A DNA stretch of 64,000 bases from the IMG/VR virus record IMGVR_UViG_3300029705_002947. One strand, written 5' to 3'. The notes under the pieces were generated by a model. The model ran no database searches. It saw nothing but the letters and a program-made list of their open reading frames with translations, and had not been told where the DNA came from. The stretch comes from an uncultured virus (IMG/VR IMGVR_UViG_3300029705_002947). Its lineage: Duplodnaviria; Heunggongvirae; Uroviricota; Caudoviricetes. The translations under genes and the position numbers were made by a program. Position 1 is the first letter of the stretch, and every line of letters starts with the position of its first letter. Shown piece by piece: positions 31,918 through 42,133 of this stretch.

Positions 31918-32277
31918 TTATAATAATATCATTTCTAACATAAAAGTTTTTTCTATATCGGTAATAGAAAGTTTACAACCTGGTATATGATTATTATATA
32001 AGAATAATTCGTCCATCATTGCTTGAACGTAATTTTCAATAGCTTCATCATCCCAAAATATCGGTACACATAAAGTAGCTACTAATGATGCTGATGGATC
32101 TAAGTTTATTTTACATGGAAGATAAACCCTATGTTTATTTAAAACATGTTCTTTTTCTGGTCCATTTATTTCATACTCAGATATAAACATTCTCATTTTC
32201 CCCGTTGATAAATCTACTTCTACTTTAATAAATTCTATGTTTAAATTTTTGTCTTTCATAACTAAACTAGAAATCAT
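31918..32277 (-). CDS. Hypothetical protein
   Basis: GGAGG SD places the start at ATG 32277; TACA-N6-TA variant at 32306-32317. Confidence 0.7.
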   Translation of the reverse strand: MISSLVMKDKNLNIEFIKVEVDLSTGKMRMFISEYEINGPEKEHVLNKHRVYLPCKINLDPSASLVATLCVPIFWDDEAIENYVQAMMDELFLYNNHIPGCKLSITDIEKTFMLEMILL

Positions 32278-32323
32278 ATTACCAACCTCCAATAAAAAAA
32301 TATATTAATAATTTGTATCAGTA

Positions 32324-32360
32324 ATAAAAAATAAAGAGGTTTCCCTCTTTATTTTTTTAT
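32324..32360 (-). terminator. Terminator after RNAP beta'-N gene
   Basis: AAAAAATAAAGAGG-TTTC-CCTCTTTATTTTTT. Confidence 0.75.
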
Positions 32361-33817
32361 ACTCTACAGAAATGACTTAAACCTATAGCTAAATCTTTTA
32401 TAGGCATCATATTACCACTTAATAATCCGTCATTATGAGATATCATTGAATGTAATTTAGGATTATATTTTCTTGTAGCTTTAATTTGATCTTTAGCAGA
32501 TAGCTTAGTTATTGTTAAGTTGTCGCCATCAAAATCTGCGTTAAGACCTGCTAATATCATTAATGAAATACCCATTGTATAATCATCAACTTTCTTTGTA
32601 ACATCAACTATCTTAACCTGTAATATACTACCCCAATCTATAGTTGGTGCACGGTTGATTAAGCAATATGTTAAATCTTGTGATATCATTAATTTTATAA
32701 TTTTGTATATCTTTTCACTAAAGTTGATACAACCCATATACCATTCACTGTATGCTTGACTTTCTGTAATGTTTTGTGTTGTTGCTAATTTTTGTATTAT
32801 CTCAAACTTATACATTTCTAAGAATGATATATAAGATAATATAATTTCATCTGCTGCTAAGTTTGGATTTGATATTATAACGTTTCTTGATGTATAGTTC
32901 ATTCTTCCTGCTAATACACCTGATTTTATAAACCCATCTTTCTTATTGATTAAACTAAACATCTTTTCATATAATTCATTTACTTTCTTTTGTATATAAG
33001 GTAATTTCTTATCTACTGATAATGTATCATTTGAATTATTCATTCTAGATACAGAACTGAATATCATATTATATATTTTATCAGTTCCATTTACAAAGTT
33101 AATTTCATTTTGTACCATTGCAAATCTTAATGCTGAACTAAACACTGGAATATATTGGAAGAATAATTTATCTTTGTTTGCTTTTACAAATGCAACATTT
33201 CCTTCCATATTTGAATTTCTCTTATTCTTTTCAGCATAATAATCTAATATTTCATCAAATCTTCTTTGGAATTCTAACATACCTATATTCTTAAATGGTT
33301 GATCTTTATCAATTTCAACTTCATCATCCAATAATGGATTACCGAATGCATCCGTATCTATAAACTTAGGTGGTTGTATAATATTCTCTAATATAGATTG
33401 CTTATTCTTTTCACCCATTATATTATTAAGATATAAATATAATGCTGGATGAATTATATGATAATCTTTAATTTTAATATAAGCAAACTTTTCTAAATCT
33501 ATATCAACCAATCTAACATTTGTTCTACAATAAGGACATATAGATGATTCATGTGATTTACCTTCAAGATAGCCACATTCACAACTATATCTTTCTTTGA
33601 ATGCATTTTCACTTGACATTTCACTATAGAAGAAATCCGAACGGATTCCTCCTTTATTATAACTACCATCTGTTGTCTTTTTATCTTTTATCGGTTCATA
33701 TACAACGAATGCTTTTCCTGCTTTTAAATCTAATTCTGCTTCTTTATCTATATCAGCAATTTGTAACATAAATCCATTCTTTTCAATTCCATTATTTCTT
33801 TCTATTATCATACACAT
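32357..33817 (-). CDS. Multisubunit RNA polymerase beta' subunit, N-terminal/catalytic half (probably virion RNAP)
   Basis: Zn finger CECG...CPYC, GRMNYTSRNVI, INRAPTI, catalytic NADFDGD; start may be 33811. Confidence 0.92.
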   Translation of the reverse strand: MCMIIERNNGIEKNGFMLQIADIDKEAELDLKAGKAFVVYEPIKDKKTTDGSYNKGGIRSDFFYSEMSSENAFKERYSCECGYLEGKSHESSICPYCRTNVRLVDIDLEKFAYIKIKDYHIIHPALYLYLNNIMGEKNKQSILENIIQPPKFIDTDAFGNPLLDDEVEIDKDQPFKNIGMLEFQRRFDEILDYYAEKNKRNSNMEGNVAFVKANKDKLFFQYIPVFSSALRFAMVQNEINFVNGTDKIYNMIFSSVSRMNNSNDTLSVDKKLPYIQKKVNELYEKMFSLINKKDGFIKSGVLAGRMNYTSRNVIISNPNLAADEIILSYISFLEMYKFEIIQKLATTQNITESQAYSEWYMGCINFSEKIYKIIKLMISQDLTYCLINRAPTIDWGSILQVKIVDVTKKVDDYTMGISLMILAGLNADFDGDNLTITKLSAKDQIKATRKYNPKLHSMISHNDGLLSGNMMPIKDLAIGLSHFCRV

Positions 33818-33835
33818 TACCTCCTATTTTTTTAT

Positions 33836-34150
33836 TTACATTATAACTTTATTTAAATCTAACACTATCATTTCTATTCTAAATACTGTATAATCATTCT
33901 TGTCTCTTATATCTGTTATATATTTTTCTAATCCTGTATTTTCATCTTTATACGCTTCTATTATTTCATAATTTTGACTATATGATTTCATTTTCATATA
34001 ATCGTCTATCAATAACTCAACATAATCTTCTGCCTTTTCTTTGTTCTTATAATATCTTGGTTCTCTAAAATATTCTAGATAAGTTACATTATAATTGTCA
34101 TCTTCTTCTACCTTACCACCAAATATTACAAATAATTGATTCTTTTTCAT
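33836..34150 (-). CDS. Hypothetical protein
   Basis: GGAGG SD; early-type promoter upstream; leader hairpin at 34175-34210. Confidence 0.7.
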   Translation of the reverse strand: MKKNQLFVIFGGKVEEDDNYNVTYLEYFREPRYYKNKEKAEDYVELLIDDYMKMKSYSQNYEIIEAYKDENTGLEKYITDIRDKNDYTVFRIEMIVLDLNKVIM

Positions 34151-34255
34151 AATTCATTCCTCCTTTAAATTAAATGCCATTATTATATTCATAGGAACAT
34201 AATAATGGCAAAAATTCTTCAAACTCAAACTCTACAACTATATTATTACATAGTA

Positions 34256-34286
34256 ATAATATAGTGATCAAATATTACGTTTTACA
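34256..34286 (-). promoter_or_regulatory. Early-type promoter motif
   Basis: TGTAAA-N17-TATATTAT. Confidence 0.6.
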
Positions 34287-34288
34287 CT

Positions 34289-34501
34289 TTAGTTGATTAT
34301 TAATTTATCATCTATTCCAATCAAACTTGATGTTGTTACTCTATATTTTTCATTGCCCAATTCTTCAACTGAATCAACTTTAAATTTATACCATACTCCA
34401 TTTTCTATACACATAACTGTACATCCTGGAATTGCTTTATATTGTACATCTATTGTAAATTCTCCATTTTCATAGAAATTTCTAACATTTATATTATTCA
34501 T
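34289..34501 (-). CDS. Small hypothetical protein
   Basis: GGAGG SD. Confidence 0.65.
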   Translation of the reverse strand: MNNINVRNFYENGEFTIDVQYKAIPGCTVMCIENGVWYKFKVDSVEELGNEKYRVTTSSLIGIDDKLIIN

Positions 34502-34555
34502 AAATAACCTCCTATTTTTATATTCTATATTATTTGTTAGTTTATAAATTAATTT

Positions 34556-34903
34556 TTATTCTACTTTTATTGTAGCACCTATCTCATTAAATTTTGCTTG
34601 TAATTCTGTAAATGTTAATCTAGCTGTAGATAATTTTCTAAATGTTAATTTATGATAAAGTTCACTTAAATCATTCCATATTATTGAACTATTATCATAA
34701 TACACGTATAAATATACACCTGTATCAACTATAAACGTATAAGGAACTTTATAAATATCTGCTAATGTTGTAAATTCTAATAAAGTTAATTCTTCAGTTC
34801 TAACTGAATCGTGTAACATTTCTAATGCCATTTTATCAAATCTTTCAATATTAGTTGCTTTATTAGTTTCCATTGCTTTTAATATTTTATTATTTAATAT
34901 CAT
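34556..34903 (-). CDS. Hypothetical protein
   Basis: ORF directly downstream of an early-type promoter. Confidence 0.7.
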   Translation of the reverse strand: MILNNKILKAMETNKATNIERFDKMALEMLHDSVRTEELTLLEFTTLADIYKVPYTFIVDTGVYLYVYYDNSSIIWNDLSELYHKLTFRKLSTARLTFTELQAKFNEIGATIKVE

Positions 34904-34942
34904 AATATCAACCCCTAAATAATATTTTTGTATTACACTTTT

Positions 34943-34974
34943 ATAATATATAATCGAAATTTAATCTTTTTACA
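34943..34974 (-). promoter_or_regulatory. Early-type promoter motif
   Basis: TGTAAA-N18-TATATTAT. Confidence 0.7.
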
Positions 34975-34985
34975 GTATTGAAAAA

Positions 34986-35021
34986 AATAATACTGAATAC
35001 CTAATTGTATTCAGTATTATT
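34986..35021 (-). terminator. Terminator after RNAP beta'-C gene
   Basis: AATAATACTGAATAC...GTATTCAGTATTATT with A-run. Confidence 0.8.
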
Positions 35022-35026
35022 AAATT

Positions 35027-36238
35027 TTAGAATGTCATATCATCTAAATCTATTTCATTAACTTTTACTGATGTGTCATGCATTGCTTTCATTTTAAGGT
35101 TAAGTAATGCTCCAGTTAATGTAGACGTAGTTAATCCTATTGCATCTATTTGAAGTTTTTCAAATAGTCTTCCTACACATGTTAAACAAGCTCCTGAGTC
35201 ACATCCACAATACATTATTGATCTAAGCTTAACTTTCTTACCAGCATATTTACCTATATTATTTTCATCTAATAAAACTAGTTTACCATTCTCAATTATA
35301 TATCTATATAAAAATTTTGATTTTAATGATGGTGGTATAACTAATTCTATATATCCTTTAGTACCACAATCAGGTACATCTTTTCTTAACACAACTGCTT
35401 GACCTAAACTTGATATTTGTTTAGCCTTATATCCTGATACTGCTGTACCACATGATTTAGGATATTGTGCATTTATAACGTTTGTACCTGCTGCAGCTAT
35501 ATCTTCTTTACGTAATCCCTCAAAGAAACTTCTTTGAATGAATTGATATTTACCTATAGTTTTATTATAAACTGGTCCTTTAACTATACTCAGCTGTTTA
35601 TAGTTATTTGGTATAGAACCCCTTGCACCAGAATAATATAAGTCCATAGATGGGTCATCACTTACTTCAGCTTTAGCTAATTCAACTAATTCTTTTTCTA
35701 TAGCTGACATTACCATTATATCACCTTTTTCTAAAGCTTCAGCATTTTCTTTTATTAATTCTTCTCTACGTTTAATAACTTTAGGTACTGGTTTTAATCC
35801 TCTCATAGTAAATGATGCAGCTAATGGTTCATGGAATTGCATTCCTAGCCATTGTATTCTATCAAAATAATCAGCAAAATCAGTAGTGTTTATTTTATCT
35901 TCTAATAATAATTGTGCTAATTGACTTTCTAAATCTTTTAATCCATCAGCATCTATTACATTATTTACATACCCTATATGCTCAGCAAATCTTGGTTCTA
36001 TAATAAACTTATTAAATATAAACGATCCTACAGTAGTACCCATATCGGTTTTATTCATATATTCTCCAGCTTTAAGTAAGAATACATCAGTAGGTTCAAA
36101 TCTAGATTTAACTTCAACTAATTTTCCATCTCTATTCTCAACATGATCTGCAAATAATTGCATACCTAGTGTATATGTAATATCCTCAGGTTTTAATGAT
36201 AATAAATATTGTTTATCTTCTTCACTAATTCTAGCCAT
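35027..36238 (-). CDS. Multisubunit RNA polymerase beta' subunit, C-terminal half
   Basis: SGARGS, RSFFEGL, bridge-helix-like TAVSGY, DCGT, KLRS.MYC...C..C Zn site; SD favours ATG 36238. Confidence 0.88.
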   Translation of the reverse strand: MARISEEDKQYLLSLKPEDITYTLGMQLFADHVENRDGKLVEVKSRFEPTDVFLLKAGEYMNKTDMGTTVGSFIFNKFIIEPRFAEHIGYVNNVIDADGLKDLESQLAQLLLEDKINTTDFADYFDRIQWLGMQFHEPLAASFTMRGLKPVPKVIKRREELIKENAEALEKGDIMVMSAIEKELVELAKAEVSDDPSMDLYYSGARGSIPNNYKQLSIVKGPVYNKTIGKYQFIQRSFFEGLRKEDIAAAGTNVINAQYPKSCGTAVSGYKAKQISSLGQAVVLRKDVPDCGTKGYIELVIPPSLKSKFLYRYIIENGKLVLLDENNIGKYAGKKVKLRSIMYCGCDSGACLTCVGRLFEKLQIDAIGLTTSTLTGALLNLKMKAMHDTSVKVNEIDLDDMTF

Positions 36239-36267
36239 ACTATCATATCCTTTCATAAAAAATAAGT

Positions 36268-36289
36268 AGGGATATCATACGATATCCCT
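36268..36289 (-). terminator. Probable terminator
   Basis: AGGGATATC-ATAC-GATATCCCT. Confidence 0.55.
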
Positions 36290-36298
36290 TAATATATT

Positions 36299-37168
36299 CT
36301 AAGATGTATAAATTCTATATACTATAGTTATATCTTTTGATAAAACTAACATTTCATTTGGTATATTTAATTTAGAGAATAATTTTACTTGTTTATAATC
36401 AGCTTCTCCATATTCATTAGTTGATAATATTCCTGTAAATAACCCTATTGAATTTATTCTTGCGGCTTCTATATCCCCATTTATTTCAAAGAATTCTCTA
36501 CAATCTTTTTTATTTACTTTTAATATCATTTCAACGAACGTTTCTATCGGCTCAGTTCTATCTGTATTATGAACACCAGTAGCAACTTCTGAACCATCTT
36601 CTCCTTCTTCTCCGTCTTTCCAAAGAACTTTTATTTCTGGTTCATGTTCAAAAGATTTTAAGAAATAAGATATTTTTCCATCTACTTCATGACGTTTAAA
36701 CCAATATCTCTCTTTATTAGAACCTGTAAATTCTTCATCAGTTATTCTAAATGGTATCATGTTAAATATTTCTCTTTCATAATATTTAACATCTTCAACA
36801 GCTCTTGATGCATCACCGCAACCACCAGTTCCTACACCGAATAAGCAAACTGCTGTTTCTTTTGGATATCTTTCTTCAATTGGTGCATTAACACAAATAC
36901 CCATTATATCATTTAAATATTGAACCTCTATAGGTGCTTTAGCATTAAACACTTTTTCTAATATGAATAAAGCTCCACCTAATACTATTTGGTTTTCTTC
37001 TTCAAATAATTTTTCACCTGTTAGAGTATCTAATCCAGTTATTTTTGTTCTTAACACCTTACCTTGTGTACTTTCAACTCGTAAAGGCTCTATTTTCTTA
37101 GCAGGAGAACCAGCTATAGAATCATTTGAATTTATTTTATCATTTAAATTTATAACGTCTTTACTCAT
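36299..37168 (-). CDS. Putative baseplate/tail-fibre-associated virion protein
   Basis: N.IV..G..F, FGVGTGG, INSIGLF and C-terminal I.YRIY pattern typical of tail-collar/baseplate proteins; SD favours ATG 37168. Confidence 0.55.
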   Translation of the reverse strand: MSKDVINLNDKINSNDSIAGSPAKKIEPLRVESTQGKVLRTKITGLDTLTGEKLFEEENQIVLGGALFILEKVFNAKAPIEVQYLNDIMGICVNAPIEERYPKETAVCLFGVGTGGCGDASRAVEDVKYYEREIFNMIPFRITDEEFTGSNKERYWFKRHEVDGKISYFLKSFEHEPEIKVLWKDGEEGEDGSEVATGVHNTDRTEPIETFVEMILKVNKKDCREFFEINGDIEAARINSIGLFTGILSTNEYGEADYKQVKLFSKLNIPNEMLVLSKDITIVYRIYTS

Positions 37169-37210
37169 TTCATTACCATCCTTTCTACTAAATTCACTAA
37201 AAATCAATCT

Positions 37211-37222
37211 TATATTAATGTT
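37211..37222 (-). promoter_or_regulatory. Late-type promoter motif
   Basis: AACATTAATATA. Confidence 0.6.
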
Positions 37223-37232
37223 TCAGTGTGTA

Positions 37233-40200
37233 TTAATCTTCATGGATAATTTTTACACTATCTATTATTGTTATTGCCCCATTACTACTACATTTAGCAT
37301 CCAATAAGCGAACTACGTCATTATACTCCCAATCAAGTTCATCTTCTTTTTCAAGTAAAGAATCATATGAATACTCATGTTTTAATTTATAGACTTCATT
37401 TTGATTATATTTAGGGAATACTAAATACTTAATTATAGGAACAAAATTGTCATCATTTTTATGTTTGTTAATAATTTGTATGTTATCATTATATTCTAAA
37501 TCTAGTTTATCATACTCTTCTAAGGCTATCATAAATGATTGAAGTTTGTCTTCTGTTTTGTATATTTCATTGTTATATATGCAATCAAATATCATTCTTA
37601 AATCTTTTAATTTCATTTTATCTAAAATATATAATATATCTATAAACGTCATATGATCATTGTATAGGAAATCAAAATTATCTTCTTTATTCAGTCCTAT
37701 TCTTATTTGTTCGATTTTATCAAACATTTCTGGATTGAATTTATGATATATAACTCCTTTATAATGATCTAGTTCTTTTATTACTAATTCATCATTATCA
37801 ACTATTTCTTTAGATCCATGTACAGTATCTTTATAATCTAATTCTAACGATTCTTCATGGTGTAATCCGATAGATAACATGTAATCTTCATCATAATCAA
37901 CATAATCTTTAGGTATTATTCTATTACTCATTCTAGTTTTATCAACTATTATCAAGTTATCATATTTATCAGTATAAGTTGAATATGTCAGTGTATCACT
38001 ATATAATAAAGCAGGTGTTTCAGGGAATAATATATTAAATAATTTAGGGTCATCTATCATGAATATTTTGTTAGTTGCTTTATTGTCGAATATGTATAAT
38101 ACATTTAAATTTCTTAAATCAACAGTATACGATTTAAAGAAATTTATTAATCCTATTAAAGCATTAACTATATTATTATTTGTACCATTTAATGATGTTA
38201 TATATTCTAATTTTGGTATAAGTTCATTTAATTTACCTAATACATGTTCAATGTATATACCCGTTTTATCTTTATGTAATTCGTCTATGAATGAAGCTAT
38301 ATTAGGTAGTTTATCATAAAGATAATCCAAATATGTTGTAGCTACAGTACCATCATATTTTCTAAACGCTTCACATGTTTCATTTCTTACAGTGAATACA
38401 TTATATAGTTCTCTATAAGCACGGTATTCATTTATATCTGTAGTATTAGCTAAAACATCCTCACAGAATTCAGCAAAGTTTCTAAAATTAGTATATAGTG
38501 TATCTATATCTTCAACCGTTCTTATATCTAATAAATCTAAATATTTAACTATCTCTGGATTTTTAAAAATTCTTTTATATTTTAAAATGTTTTCTCGAAT
38601 CAAATCAAAATTTAAGTCAAAATTAAATCCTTGTACAGCTAATATCTTTGAAGGGTTATTTGCTATAATATTACCTTTCATACCATTCTTTTTAGATAAT
38701 AAAGCACATAATATTATAACTGAATCGAATATTGAAACTGGTACTGAAGAAAATCTATCTAAGTTAAGATATAAATAATCCGTACCAATTTTCATAGCAT
38801 CTTTATTTAAAATCCTTTCATCTAAAGCAGTTGTGTTATCTTTATGGTCAACTAATAAATTCAAGAAATAGGTTGTCTCATATAGCATTTTAGTTACATT
38901 TTGCATTATATTTATTCCTATATATTTAGTATCAATAAAGTTATAATCTCTCTCATAAAGCTCTTTTTTAAGTTCTTCTGTTTCCCACCAATACACATCG
39001 TCAGTTACAACTTCATCATAATGATATCTATTATATTTAGTTTCTAATGCACTTATAACGTTACGTTCAAGTATATCTGTTGATTGGAAATAAACATCAA
39101 ACATTTTTTCATAATCATAAACTTCAATTATATTAAAAGCATATGGGTCTGTTTTTAGTTTATTTTTATCAATATGCAATTTAAATCTTCTACCATCTTC
39201 ATTAAATAAATATATTGTATCATATAAATAATTTGCAGCTTCAGTTGCTAATTCAGCACATAGTCTATCATCCTTCATAAATATTCTATAAGTATCATCA
39301 GTATCATCATCTTTTATGTATAAATTTTTTGGTGCATACACTGTATGATCAATAGCTTCTACTGAAGCTAATTTATCACCTTTTATACATAATAAATAAT
39401 TACGCTTATTAGAACTTTTTAAAATAATACGTTTTCTGTTAACTTTTGAATAATCTATTTCATCTGGAAGTGGGTAAACTGAAGTATTTACATGCCCATT
39501 AATATCTATAGATATTCTGAATATTTGGTTTTGTCTATCATAAATTAAAAAATCATCACGATATAATCGTTCTTTTTTATCTTCGATTTTCTCACTATGC
39601 AATACTCCATCCTTAATAAATATTTTATATTTATTTCCAACTCTATCTTTTAAATAATACTCGTCTATAGTACTAGTATATATAGTTGATTCAATACTAC
39701 ATAATCGTTGCTTATCGTTTACAGAAAGATAGTAGACTTTATTGTTATTAATATCTTTAAAGTAAGTTTTAACATGGTCGTCATCTACAGCCATATATTT
39801 ATATGCTGTAATAGGTTCACCCTCTTCATCATACTTTCGTTCTCTAACTAAATAGAATTTATTTATATGAACACGTTCATAGAATAATGTATTAGCAACA
39901 TCATATAATACTTTATCGGTAGATTTTAATCTTAGTAATCTATTAACATTTTTTACAATCATTCTTTGATAATCTAATGGTAAATCATCATAAAATGGTA
40001 TTCCATACACATTAAATAATTTTTGAACTGATACTAAGTCATAATAATCTCTTTCTATACCCATTTTAAGTGTGTCAACTATTAATCTTTGTATAGTCAT
40101 TATCATTATATGCATACCTATGAAATTATCATAAAGATTATACCTAACCTTAAACGCTTTATTATATACCATTGACATAAAATATTCCCTACAAAAATCA

Positions 40201-40850
40201 TACGTTTCAAAGAATGCTCTTAAGAATACATTATCTAATATAACATCTGAGAATATTATTTCATAATTTTTAGCCTGTCTAGCTCTAACAAGATTAACTG
40301 TCTTACTCCCTAAATGTTTTAAATATTCTTTTTCAGGATATTCTTCAATCATTCTTTTTATAACAGAACGTTCCAATTTAATTTGAATTTCCTTAGGATA
40401 TTCATGAATTGGTCTATCTTCATCTATTTTATAATAGTATCTTTCATCATCAGTTAGATAAAGATAATCTGATTCACCTTCTTCAATTGGAGGTAAACCG
40501 ATAAGTTCTCTATAATAATTATTACCTTCAACATATTCATTTATTACAGTTTCCCTCATAGATTTAAGAACAGCTTTCCTTTTATTACGTGGTATTTTAT
40601 TCTTATCAGCAGCATAAATCATAAATTCACTAGCTTGTGTAATCCCAGCACTAACCAATACATCTATAGGATATTCTCTATATGAATTAAACGTATCACG
40701 TTCTAAATACGCTGCAATATATCGATCTGCATCACGTTTAGTATCTACAGTTTCATATTCTTCTGCTTTATGCGATAACTTTATAACTAAGTTATTTATA
40801 ATAGTTTGTATGTCATCAAGCATATATTCGACTTGAGATTTATCGTTCAT
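37233..40850 (-). CDS. Large virion structural (baseplate-wedge-like) protein with six inserted beta-hairpin repeats
   Basis: NNYYR.L.GLP, NVNRLLRLKST, FFKSYTV motifs; late-type promoter variant upstream. Confidence 0.6.
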   Translation of the reverse strand: MNDKSQVEYMLDDIQTIINNLVIKLSHKAEEYETVDTKRDADRYIAAYLERDTFNSYREYPIDVLVSAGITQASEFMIYAADKNKIPRNKRKAVLKSMRETVINEYVEGNNYYRELIGLPPIEEGESDYLYLTDDERYYYKIDEDRPIHEYPKEIQIKLERSVIKRMIEEYPEKEYLKHLGSKTVNLVRARQAKNYEIIFSDVILDNVFLRAFFETYDFCREYFMSMVYNKAFKVRYNLYDNFIGMHIMIMTIQRLIVDTLKMGIERDYYDLVSVQKLFNVYGIPFYDDLPLDYQRMIVKNVNRLLRLKSTDKVLYDVANTLFYERVHINKFYLVRERKYDEEGEPITAYKYMAVDDDHVKTYFKDINNNKVYYLSVNDKQRLCSIESTIYTSTIDEYYLKDRVGNKYKIFIKDGVLHSEKIEDKKERLYRDDFLIYDRQNQIFRISIDINGHVNTSVYPLPDEIDYSKVNRKRIILKSSNKRNYLLCIKGDKLASVEAIDHTVYAPKNLYIKDDDTDDTYRIFMKDDRLCAELATEAANYLYDTIYLFNEDGRRFKLHIDKNKLKTDPYAFNIIEVYDYEKMFDVYFQSTDILERNVISALETKYNRYHYDEVVTDDVYWWETEELKKELYERDYNFIDTKYIGINIMQNVTKMLYETTYFLNLLVDHKDNTTALDERILNKDAMKIGTDYLYLNLDRFSSVPVSIFDSVIILCALLSKKNGMKGNIIANNPSKILAVQGFNFDLNFDLIRENILKYKRIFKNPEIVKYLDLLDIRTVEDIDTLYTNFRNFAEFCEDVLANTTDINEYRAYRELYNVFTVRNETCEAFRKYDGTVATTYLDYLYDKLPNIASFIDELHKDKTGIYIEHVLGKLNELIPKLEYITSLNGTNNNIVNALIGLINFFKSYTVDLRNLNVLYIFDNKATNKIFMIDDPKLFNILFPETPALLYSDTLTYSTYTDKYDNLIIVDKTRMSNRIIPKDYVDYDEDYMLSIGLHHEESLELDYKDTVHGSKEIVDNDELVIKELDHYKGVIYHKFNPEMFDKIEQIRIGLNKEDNFDFLYNDHMTFIDILYILDKMKLKDLRMIFDCIYNNEIYKTEDKLQSFMIALEEYDKLDLEYNDNIQIINKHKNDDNFVPIIKYLVFPKYNQNEVYKLKHEYSYDSLLEKEDELDWEYNDVVRLLDAKCSSNGAITIIDSVKIIHED

Positions 40851-40882
40851 TCATCACATCTCCTTCATTTTTTATAGTTCTA

Positions 40883-40904
40883 AACAATCACTTAAGTAAT
40901 TGTA
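40883..40904. promoter_or_regulatory. Overlapping pair of late-type promoter motifs for divergent genes
   Basis: AACAATCACT-TA-AGTAATTGTA: AACA-N6-TA (+) and TACA-N6-TA (-) share the TA at 40893-40894. Confidence 0.6.
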
Positions 40905-40936
40905 CAAAAGCTAGTTTTTGGAAAGGAAGTGAAATA

Positions 40937-41611
40937 ATGGCTAATAAAATACCAGGAATTGAAGTCAATAAACCAAATCAAAATCCAACTATAGATTCAG
41001 AAGATAGTTTTTACGAAATACCATTCTATAAAGATCCAGATTATATGTTTAGTATAGAAAATGAGGTAGCATTCGTAAATGCTGTTGAAAGAATGGTTAG
41101 AACGTCTAAATACTATTCAAGATATATAGCTCATTTAAAAGTTGATTTAGGTTTATGTTTCTGTCAAGTTAAAGGTAATATTTCCGAAGACGAAGAAACT
41201 GGTGTGAAAGACTTAATAGAAATGCATCATGGTCCTATATTAACATTATTCGATGTTACTTCCATTATATTGAATTATATGTTAATTAAGGGTATGAAAG
41301 TAACTACATTTAGTGTAGCTAATAAAGTAATCGAAGAACATTTTAAACACAGGGTTCAAACTGTAATGTTATGTGAAACCGTACATCAATTAGTTCACGA
41401 TAACAAAATATTTCTAAATTACAAACAAGGTTTTGGGGATTTATATAGTTTCCTAGAAATATACTGGGAAGGAATGGATAGTACACAAGTATATAAAATA
41501 TTGGACTATATTGAGAAATCTGAGAAATACGATAGTAATGATTTTGATAATCTTAAAGTCATTATTACTAGATGGAAAACAGAACATTTTGAATTTGATG
41601 ACGAATTTTAA
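40937..41611 (+). CDS. HNH-like (His-metal finger) protein, paralogue of 52751-53446
   Basis: ER.VR.S..Y..YI, IEMHH.P..TL.D, LCETVH.LVH. Confidence 0.6.
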   Translation: MANKIPGIEVNKPNQNPTIDSEDSFYEIPFYKDPDYMFSIENEVAFVNAVERMVRTSKYYSRYIAHLKVDLGLCFCQVKGNISEDEETGVKDLIEMHHGPILTLFDVTSIILNYMLIKGMKVTTFSVANKVIEEHFKHRVQTVMLCETVHQLVHDNKIFLNYKQGFGDLYSFLEIYWEGMDSTQVYKILDYIEKSEKYDSNDFDNLKVIITRWKTEHFEFDDEF

Positions 41612-41629
41612 TTAAATGGAGGTAAAACT

Positions 41630-42037
41630 ATGATTACTTTTTTATCAATATTATTGTTATTATCTATACTTGGTTTAACATCAGGTATAGCTGTATACGC
41701 TTACTATGATATAAATAATAAAAAAATTGTAGCTGATAAAAATAAAAATAAAAAAATCCGTACTGAAGAAGAATTAATGGGTATAGTGTTTAATATATTA
41801 GAAAGAAAATGGGCTTATAGAGTTCAGTTTCATTTTAAAATAAAAGAAATAGGAATACCTAAGTTTGAATTTGAATGGAATTACTTATTAGAAGAAACTA
41901 TAAATGCATTATCACCAGATGTATTGGAAGAATTAAAATACTATTATAAAGATGATGAAACTACAATAAAAGCAGTATCTGAGATGATACAAATATATTT
42001 ATACAATTACATGGAAAGTAAAATGATAAAAAGATAG
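41630..42037 (+). CDS. N-terminally membrane-anchored protein
   Basis: Hydrophobic first ~25 aa followed by a Lys-rich stretch; GGAGG SD. Confidence 0.75.
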   Translation: MITFLSILLLLSILGLTSGIAVYAYYDINNKKIVADKNKNKKIRTEEELMGIVFNILERKWAYRVQFHFKIKEIGIPKFEFEWNYLLEETINALSPDVLEELKYYYKDDETTIKAVSEMIQIYLYNYMESKMIKR

Positions 42038-42066
42038 ATGATAACCTTAGGTTATCATCTATCTTT
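42030..42066. terminator. Bidirectional terminator
   Basis: 18-bp inverted repeat AAAGATAGATGATAACCT/AGGTTATCATCTATCTTT. Confidence 0.8.
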
Positions 42067-42133
42067 ATTCATATATGTTAACAATATAGGATACCTGACT
42101 AGTATGGTATCTTCTATTGGGGTTTTACCCTGT

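Noticed and set aside
27039..36256. Group I introns or inteins in thyA or the RNAP subunits
   Set aside because: The ORFs are continuous and of expected size with no intein motifs
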